Shown here piece by piece: positions 24,032-32,263 of a DNA stretch of 32,263 nt. This DNA is from Jimgerdemannia flammicorona. Taxonomy: Eukaryota. Location: NCBI GenBank assembly GCA_003990765.1, contig RBNJ01000359.1, positions 1 to 32,263 of the forward strand, written 5' to 3'. Position 1 is the stretch's first letter. Each line of letters opens with the position of its first letter. The notes below the pieces were generated by a model that worked only from the letters and a program-made list of their open reading frames with translations, had not been told where the DNA came from and ran no database searches. The position numbers and the translations under genes were made by a program.

Positions 24032-25367
24032 ATGTCTCAAAAACAGCACAGTAAGCGGCCTGTGGCGCAGCTCTATCCCGACAAAGTCACCAGAACCGCG
24101 TTTCCCCACCATGGCGCAGCCCCAAGCAGTCAAGCACGCTCCACATCAGCCTCTTTCATCCCCCAACCAACCATCCCACAAGTCCTCCCATCTCTACAAT
24201 GGCTCCGGACACTCTTTGGCAACCCCGATGACGCAAAGCTCTACATGGTCGACTCCCGCGGCGAGGACAAGGCTTGCTTCGGGACGCTCGACATTGCAAC
24301 CCACAAGTTCGTCCCGCTTGCGCTCCACCGGCCGACGCACGGGCCACTGGCTTATCAGATGAACTACCACTTCAAGTCATACACGCCACTCTCCGATTCC
24401 GTGCACGTCGACTTGAAAAACTCGCTGCCGTGGCGGGCGAGGGGGGGCGAATAGGAAGTCGCGTCACGGTCGAGCGATTCACGCGTATGGACAGTGGAGG
24501 TGAACAAGGCCGATAGGCCGACAGAGATTTTTTCGTATGAGAGGGACGAGGGGAGGGCCAGGTTCCTGTTTTCCACTCGCCCCACGGTCTTCAGCAATAA
24601 GTGGGAACTCGCAAAGTTGAGGTGCGTCGAGATCGTGGCGAGGGGATGGGCTCGTTTTGCAGGCGTTATTACTATTCCGAAGGATAATGAGGATCCGGAA
24701 AGGCCTGGTAAGACGAAGGCGCCCGGGGCGGTGGTGTTGAACGTGCATGGTGGGCCGTGGTCAAGGTGAGTTACCTCAATCTATTTTATTTTATTTATTT
24801 TATTTTATTTTATTGAGGACAACTTGGAGGTTTGTGAAATTGACCCAATCCCTAACCGTCCCACATACTTAACACCCGAACGAACGCAGGGACGACTTTG
24901 GCTTCAACCCATATTCCACCAGTTCTGTGCGTCGCGCGGGTACGCAGCACTGTCGGTCAACTTCCGCGGCTCGACTGACTTCGGCAAGCGCCACCTCAAT
25001 CTAGGCAATGGGCAGTGGGGCGCTACCATGCACGAGGATCTACTGGGTATGTCGTGGGTGTGGGAATGTGGGGGTTCATAGTGCAGGCCGAGTGGTACGT
25101 TTTCTAACGACATCGTGCCGTCTTTTTAAAAATTTGAATTCGCAGACACTATCCAGTGGGCCACCAGTCAGGCATTGCCGACAAGTATCGCGTTGCTATC
25201 CATGGCGGTAGCTATGGCGGGTACTCTGCCCTTGCCGGTATGTTTCTTTTCTTCTGTCCTTTCTCGTTCCTTTCCCACACCCCTCAGCAGCGTCCAACCT
25301 AGTGACGCTCCTCCGCTCGATCTCGGACTACTGGGGGGTAGAAGGAGTTTTGGTGGTTGATATTGGA
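24032..25367 (+). pseudogene. S9 family (prolyl oligopeptidase / acylaminoacyl-peptidase-like) serine peptidase pseudogene
   Basis: Motifs LFGNP, LYMVDSRGEDKA, VLNVHGGPWSR, SRGYAALSVNFRGST, GQWGATMHEDLL, VAIHGGSYGGYSAL (catalytic Ser) and SNLVTLLRSISDYW. Introns at about 24766-24889 and 25047-25145. Frameshifts near 24642, 24910 and 25171, internal deletions, and no catalytic Asp/His region found. Confidence 0.85.
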
Positions 25368-25749
25368 GGTTGGGTGTGCACATGCGGATATCGCACACGC
25401 TTTCACAAAAAATGACAAATAATTATATTGAATATACCCGATCTAACCATGCATTTTATCTTGGTTTGTCTTGTCCTTTTTTGATCTCCTTGCTTCCACG
25501 CATCAAGCTTACACGCTTTGTCATAGCAACTATCCGTGTGGTTTGACTCCCTGCAATTGTCACAATCATTGAAAAAAAGACGTGTTTCTCCCTCTATCCA
25601 CCCTGTGGTGTCAATTTTTTTTTTTTTTTTTTTTTTTTGAGGCAATCGTCATTATGATGACGGAAAGGACGAGTTGCTCGAGGTCGTAGAAAATAGAAGC
25701 TGCTGGGTAGCGTAACGCGTGACGTTGTCTTTCTGGTGATGTCACAGCT

Positions 25750-25850
25750 TAATCTGACACCTACATTGGAACCTATACATTCCTTTATCAAACCTCACAT
25801 TAGTAGGCTCCCATGCCAACCCTTTTAGGCTGACTCTTGGTGGGTAACGA
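25750..25850 (-). ncRNA. Putative decayed omegaRNA scaffold / element right end
   Basis: Lies directly 3' of the RuvC-III motif. Minus-strand stems: GTCAGCCT/GGGTTGGC (25815-25834), GGAGCCTA/TAGGTTCC (25804-25811 with 25768-25775) and an alternative CCTAC/GTAGG (25803-25807 with 25760-25764). Positional inference only. Confidence 0.4.
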
Positions 25851-26260
25851 AGGAGAATGTTGCGAGCGCCATTGAAATCGCAGTCAAGCTTCGTCTGACA
25901 TGCTGGACAGTGAAACACTTTGGACCCACCTAGGCCATGGTGGAGATATTCACAGCACCACATATCTTGGAAGTGTACTCTTCTGTACAGAGAATGACCT
26001 AATACCATGGGTGCTTGTGTGCATTGTGCATTAGATGCTGCTGAAAATGAAAGTGTGACCATGTACACATTATATGTACAGTTTTAGAATAAATATGACA
26101 TTGTCCTCATCTGACCATTTCTTGTATGTAAAACTCTGGTAGGAGAATGATATAATAGTTCTCATACAGCCACTATGTAAGCTTGTGATGGCAGTTATCC
26201 ATCAGGTATTGAATTTGTTTGTAGATATATAGCATGATATGCTATAATCTATAAATAGCA
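25800..26260 (-). pseudogene. tnpB: Fanzor2 / IS607-type TnpB RNA-guided nuclease, C-terminal remnant
   Basis: Hand translation through stops: YRL*HIMLYIYKQIQYLMDNCHHKLT*WLYENYYIILLPEFYIQEMVR*GQCHIYSKTVHIMCTWSHFHFQQHLMHNAHKHPWY*VILCTEEYTSKICG, then a frameshift, then CEYLHHGLGGSKVFHCPACQTKLDCDFNGARNILLRY. This covers the RuvC-II region, zinc finger and RuvC-III (DxDxNGAxNI). Confidence 0.88.
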
Positions 26261-26469
26261 ATTTTGCATATAAGTTTGCATAAGTAAATAAAATACTTCA
26301 GCAAAAATAATACTTACTCAAATTCAATCTTATATATGCTAAACTATTCCAGACTGACCTATAGTACTTATGTTCAAAGTTTTCAAATATCTTTCTTCTA
26401 TACAATTTATGTTACACAAAACTTCAAACAACAGTTTTCGACATAACTAGGAGAAAAGATACTATTGTT

Positions 26470-28500
26470 ATGGCATCAAGCAAGAGTTCTGATGGGTATA
26501 CTGAGTCAGGGAGATCAGGGGCTTTCAGCTGGCAGAATGTGGGAAGGGGTTATGGCCTGGGAATGGAGGTCTTTGGAGGGTCAAGAAGCAGCAAGGGCTC
26601 TGGAGGAGATCTGATATTGGGTGGTAATGGGGGGTGGACTGGCCCCTCAAGCTTTGTAGACAAGATAAAGGGAAGTAGATGGCCAGCTGGCAACAGGGCT
26701 GGTGCTGCTGTGGGGAAGAATAAGGTGAGCCTTGGGAGGGAGAGAGGTCCTCAGGCTAGAGGTAGAAGTATAGGGTCAGAAGGAGTTGTGGCTAGGAGTG
26801 GGACTGCTGATGGAGGTGTGACAGGAAATCAGGAAAAAAAAAGAGATATGATGGCTGATGGTGGAGTGGGGCTGGGGCTACTGATTCGGAAGGGGGATCT
26901 AGCCAATGGTGTAATAGAGCTAGTGGTGGCACTATTACTCAAGAAGTCAGTTTTGGAGTTCATGGCTACCTTATGCTTCCAGGACTTAGTGGTGATGGCA
27001 AGAATAGTTCTGAGGCTTATCTTGCAGCAGGTGGCTGGGGCAGCCTCGGTGAAGTTTCTGAAGGGGCTGGAGAGAGTAGAGGTGGGCTTTGAGGAGGTGG
27101 ATCTATTGGATGAGGTGATGAAGACTGGAGTAGTGGTTGGTGAAGTGATGGTCCTTATAGTATGCTGCCTTAGGTGAGACTCCAGGGTGGTACAGTTACT
27201 AGTCAAAGGAGTACCTATGGTAATGAAGGTTGAGACTAGGAGGAGGGTTGAGGAGGTGGTGGTAGAGTATGGCAATATAGTAGATATCAGATTCTGGGTA
27301 TGGGAGGGGATAGCAATCAGAACAGGTGATGTGGATGTCAGGATTAGACTGGTGGAGAAGGAGGCCACTGGAAAGATAAATGACTGACCTTCAGTGCTGA
27401 TGTGGGGAGCTATTATCTATAGGGTATTGAGAGTGAAGGGGAGTGAAGAGGAGGAGGAGAACTTGTTAGAAGTACTGGAGGAGTTGAGTGGTGTAGTGGA
27501 ATGGAGGGCGAAGGCCTGGAAGCTCTTTGAGGAGATAATACATCTGGAGGTTATGGAGAAAAAGTGGGTCCGCATGGATAAGAGGCAGTGGGAGCAGGCA
27601 CAGAAGTGTAAGAGGCAGAGAGAGCTGTTGGCGAGTATGAACATAGAGGCAAAGAAGAAGGCAGAGGGGGCTGAGGTGACTGGGGGCATCAAAGCCAGTA
27701 TCTGGGCTGGTAAAGGAGAGGGGGAGATAGAGGCAGGCAAGGAAGGAGCTGGGAAGGTACCGAGCAAGGACTTCTATACCAATGGCACTTTTGAGGTCTG
27801 GGAGCAGAAATTGGATACTACCCCCCTTCCTCTTATCAGGAGGGACCTGGCTGTGAAGAGAAGGATGACAGAGGATATACTGATGAAGGGGGCCCAGCGA
27901 GTGCAATTTGGGGTCCCTGATGTGGTAGAAGGGGGCTAGGTGGTGGCAGTTAGCGAGGATGAGCTAGTGGATGTCCCTGAGGAGGAGTGGGATGAGGCTG
28001 CCAGTATAGGTGCTGACACCATGATGTTGGATACAGGACAGCCAGGGACTCTGAGTGGGAAGGAGGTGGGGAACCTGCTGTGGATGAGCAAGGTGATGGA
28101 CAACCTTGTGGCTGAGGCTTTGAGAGAAGTGGACCTGTGGGCAATATCTGATAAGCATTGAGTATGGATGCTGTGCAGAGATAGAGTGGTGGAAGCACTG
28201 AGGACAGAGATTCTTGCGATCTTCCTGAAGGAAGAGAGATATGAGGTTGATGAGGTGAGGAAGGCAGAGCTGATGGTGGTTGCAGATGAGAGGGCAGCCT
28301 ACTGTTGAGCTGAGCATCATAGTTTGCAGCTCTGGAGGGAGGCCTGTCTGGAGTATTGTGAGGACTTTGAGGAGAGAGAAGATGGGGCAATGGTAGTACT
28401 TCTGGATGGGTTGGATGCATGGAAAGCTGGGGATAGGGAACTGGCTACTGAATATGTCTTGGACTTGGTGCAGGAGGAGCAGAATGTGGACTTGTAGAGG
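26470..28500 (+). pseudogene. LINE ORF1 remnant (RRM-like middle region)
   Basis: Frame fragments 26470-27177, 27187-27387, 27394-27939 and 27940-28161 are separated by stops. VKGVP...VVVEYGNIVDIRF...IRTGDVDVRIRL resembles L1/Tx1 ORF1. Confidence 0.7.
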
Positions 28501-28528
28501 ATGGGATCACTATTTAACATTATTTCTT

Positions 28529-31500
28529 ATGAACAGTACAACTAACATTTTCTCTTTGAATGTGAATGGGTTGAGGGGATCTGGGTGGTATAAGAACATT
28601 TTTACTTAGCTCAAGGGATTGGAGGCTGATCTCTTTTTACTACAGGATGTTTGATGTGAGGATGAGGATAATCAGATAGAGTGGACTAGGGAATGGGGTG
28701 GGGCTACTGCTTTGTTTAGTAAAGTGGTGATTCTGGTGAGGAAGGGTAGAGGAGACTTGGAGGGAATCAGAAGCTGAAGTGATCACTTAGTCTGGGGAGA
28801 TTGGCAGTGGCCAGGGTAGGAGTCAGTGAGAGTTGGCTCCTGCTACTGCCCTGCAGTTAGGGGTGAGAGGATTGCATGAATTAAGAAGCTGCTGGAGGAG
28901 AGTATTCTCTTGGAGGAAGGGGTCAATATTCTTGGTGGGGACTTTAATATGGTTCGGGTTCAGCATCTGGACAGAACTGATGGAGGGAGAAGTGCAGGGG
29001 GGAGAAGTGGAGGTCTGAACACATAGGAGGAGGTGGAGAAGTTGAGCTCCTTAGGGGATATGGGCAGAACATAATGGGGCAATGCCAGGGTCTACACACA
29101 TTGAGTGAATGGCTTAGGTACAAGAATTGATTGGATTCTGATGGTAGAGTATTGGGGTTCTGATGTTTGGAAGATGTTGGAGGTGGAGTGGTGTCCATGG
29201 TCTGATCACTGGGGACTGTTGGGGCAGAGGCAGTTTGGGGGGAGTGGAGATGGACCTAGATATTAGCACCTTAACTCCTCTCTGCTGACTGAGAAGGGGT
29301 TGTGGGACTCATGGGTGGAGGACATTCAGGTGAAAGTTCTTGTCTGGAGGCATGAGGGTTTGTCTGTGGGTGTCCAATGGATGAGATTGAAAGAGGCAGT
29401 GAGGGTCTATTGGGGGAGAGCGGGTAGAGATACTGGGAGGCAGAGGAGGGAGCACATGAGGTGTGCTTCCAGCAGATTGAGGAGACTGCAAATAGATTGG
29501 ACAGATTTGCTTACTACTGATGGAGTGGAGGATTGGAGGATAGAGCAGGCTAAATTGGAGATAGTGGAACTGCAACAGATATTGAGAGAAGAGGAGGAGA
29601 CCCATATGCATGGAATGGCTGCTAGTCTACAGTAGCAGAGGCTTGAGGAGGGTGAGCGGCCTACTAGGTACTTATCAAGACTCCTCAAAGCCAGGAGGGT
29701 GCAACATTGGTGGGATGAGATCTTAGATACTGAGGGGAATATGGTGCATGGCATACAACAAATCTTGGAGTTTTGAAGGAGAGATGGCAGAGTTTGTAGA
29801 GTGAGGGGGAAGGGGGTGTTGATGGGGCAGTGATTGCTGATATACTAGGGGAGTGGGAGCCACTGCAAGTAGCTGGACTGGGTGACTTGATCTTACCAGT
29901 GCAAGGAGAGGAGATCTAGAGTGTCCTTGTGGCAACTAAGCTGGGAACAGCACCTGGGGAGGATGGGTTACTATGGGACTTCTAGAAGATGATGGTAAAG
30001 GTCTCCAGCATTTTGGGTGAGATGACTGCTCTCTGTAACCATGTTCTTCAGAGTGGTGAGTGGGTTGGAGGGCAGGATCTTAGGCTGGTGGCCTTGTTGT
30101 ATAAAGACAAGGGGAGGAGAGAAGACTGGAAGAACTGGAGGCCAATCATGCTTCTGGATATGGATAGGAAGATAGTAACTAAGGTGATTGTCACAAGGCT
30201 GCAGAAAGTTGCCCAACAGGTACTGGGGGAGGAGCAGCAGAGCTTTGTTGGAGGCAGACTTATAAGAGATGGAACTGCATGAGTACATGGTGTTATTGAA
30301 GGGGCCCAGGCTTGTGGACTGGATGGAAGGTTGGTCTTTTTGGACCAGGAGAAGGCCTATGACCATGTTCGATGTATCTGGCTGGGCAAGGTGTTGGATT
30401 GAATAGGTGTTCCCCTAAGATTTCAAGCATCTATGTTGAGTCTGCTTGAGAGCAGTCAGGCAGCACTGATGTATAATGGCCACTGAGGTTTAGCATTCTC
30501 CTTGGGTAGAGGAGTTCCTCAGGGGGACCCTCTGTCTCCTATTCTCTATACCCTTTTATTGGAGCCATTGATGGATAGGATTTGTAGAAAAGTGGCAGAG
30601 CTCTCTATTTATAGTATAGTGTGGAAGATAGAGGCCTTTGCAGATGACATAGTGGTTGGACTTGGGTCTGTGGTAGATGTTGAGGTACTTAAGAAGACAG
30701 TGGAATGGTATGAGGCTCACTTGGGGGTGAAGCTCAACTGGCATAAGTGTGAGACAATAGTGCTCAGTAATGAGGTAGTGGGTGGGACAATTGTCCCTAC
30801 TGGTGAGGTAGTGTGGTATCTGGGCATCTTCTTTTCTGTATATGGTTCTGTCTTTCCATGAGTGTGGTAGGAGAATCAGATGACTATATGGGGAGAGGCC
30901 CTTCAAAGTTGGGGAGGCCACCATATCTCTCTGGCAGGGTGGGTGACAATCCTGAATGTATACTGGTTCTCCAAGCTGTGGTATGTGGCCTATCACCTTG
31001 ATTTCTCAGCTTGAGTGGTGAAGAGGCTGACAAAGATGGCTAGAGATTGGATCTGGGTAGGGAGGAGGTCTCAGATAGGTTGGGATACTCTTGCAACACT
31101 GGTGGTCAGGAGAGGTCTGGGCCTTGTGGACTTCTCTAAGAGGCTGCACTGCTTGTGAGCCTGGTGGTTGAAGAGAGCTGCTGAATTGCAGAGAGAGGGT
31201 TGGGTGCCACTGCTGAGGAAGGTGTGGAAGATGAGGACCTCCCCTCAAGGGTCCTCCAGAGATCTGCTCTCTTTGGTGGGGCTGAATGGAACTTGGCGGC
31301 TGCAGTTTAAGGATTTTTGGTGGGGGATGGTAGATGGAGCACACCACATTGACCTGTGCTGGCAAGGCAATGAGGGGGAGGTGGTTTGGGGGCCTAATAT
31401 ATAGTAATGGGATAGATTGCTCCTGGGGGGTACTCTACTTGATATATTTAATTTTGAAGATAGAGTGGAGTATCAGCAGAGTCTTGGCCAGGATCTTTGG

Positions 31501-32080
31501 CCCAGTGGCTGGCAGATGGCAGGGATCAGTGAGAAGTAGGACTGGGCAGGTATCTGGTCTTGGAGTGCTGAGGTGCGGAAGTGGCTTCCTTCCAAGTTCT
31601 GGGTGGTATGGTGGCGAATGCTACAGAGGAATGTTATGTTAAACTTTCACACTGGGCATCTGGTGGATGGTGGCCATTATGATTGTGAGGAGTGTTATAA
31701 TATAGGACAAGCAGGGGGAATTGTGCAGATGCCAGAACATTGGCTGGAGGAGTGTGAGGTCTTGGGAGACTTTTGGGTAGAAATAGGGGTTAGATTAGAT
31801 GTAGGGCAGAGGCTGGTGGGTGTGGGAGGCTGCTGGGAGGACTTGAGGTCTTGGCTAGTGGGCAGAGTAGGGGATAGCTAGCTCACTGTAGGGTGGGTGT
31901 TGGCAGTGTAGGTGGAACTGGTGGGATATTGACTCTTTGTATTTGAGGAGGGATGGTAGATGGGGCTGTGGGAAAAGATTTCCCAGTGGGAGGAGCTGAT
32001 GGGGGATCTGTTGACTGGATGGTGGGTGGGTTGGGGTCCTCAGAGTGGGCAATGTCGCAGTTTAGTGGTAAGGATATGTG
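28529..32080 (+). pseudogene. LINE ORF2 remnant: APE endonuclease, reverse transcriptase and C-terminal zinc finger
   Basis: SLNVNGLR, LFLLQD, GDFN, RIDWIL and SDH (APE). WRPIMLLDMDRKI, QQSFVGGRLI, LDQEKAYD, GVPQGDPLSP, FADD and YLGI (RT). CEEC...EHWLEEC zinc finger. Many stops and frameshifts; the 3' end is approximate. Confidence 0.92.
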
Positions 32081-32263
32081 CACAGAGTGGAGGGAGGGTG
32101 GAGATTGTGTTAGACAAAGTAGTCTTTCATTAAGAAGAGGTAGAGAGGGAGGACCCCTCTAGGGGGATTGGATAGGAGGAGGTATTACTGTATTTATATG
32201 GGATAGATGGGCATAATAAAGGAAGGAAGTCCAAGTAACTATAAAAAAAAAAAAAAAAAAAAA

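Larger units (their letters stand above)
26290..32263 (+). mobile_element. Non-LTR retrotransposon (L1/Tx1-type LINE), near full length, inactive; 5' end approximate
   Basis: ORF1 plus APE-RT ORF2 remnants, AATAAA at 32215-32220 and a poly(A) tail at 32243-32263. G-rich strand bias and strong CpG depletion. Confidence 0.92.

Noticed and set aside
25615..25638. Poly(T) tract as the tail of a retroposed Fanzor transcript
   Set aside because: The intervening DNA keeps its CpGs unlike the element, no TSD is visible, and long A/T runs are common in this window.
26470..32080. Active LINE
   Set aside because: Both ORFs carry numerous stops and frameshifts.

Overview
Eukaryotic, intron-containing DNA, most likely from an early-diverging fungus (Mucoromycota-like; inferred from gene families and intron style). 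The left two-thirds is a tandem segmental duplication of about 9-10 kb units. Each unit carries a large minus-strand TRP-like cation channel gene (acidic N-terminal repeats, WD40-like region, helical region, 6 TM, TRP helix): two complete four-exon copies (about 1783 and 1623 aa) plus the 5' end of a third at the left edge. The paralogs differ in repeat number and pore sequence. Next come an intact alpha-arrestin gene (its last exon was co-duplicated as a pseudogene fragment) and a divergently oriented, broken S9 peptidase pseudogene. A decayed Fanzor2/IS607-type TnpB 3' remnant with hairpins where an omegaRNA would lie is only partly visible in the ORF track. It is cut off by a roughly full-length, CpG-depleted L1/Tx1-type LINE whose poly(A) tail ends the window.
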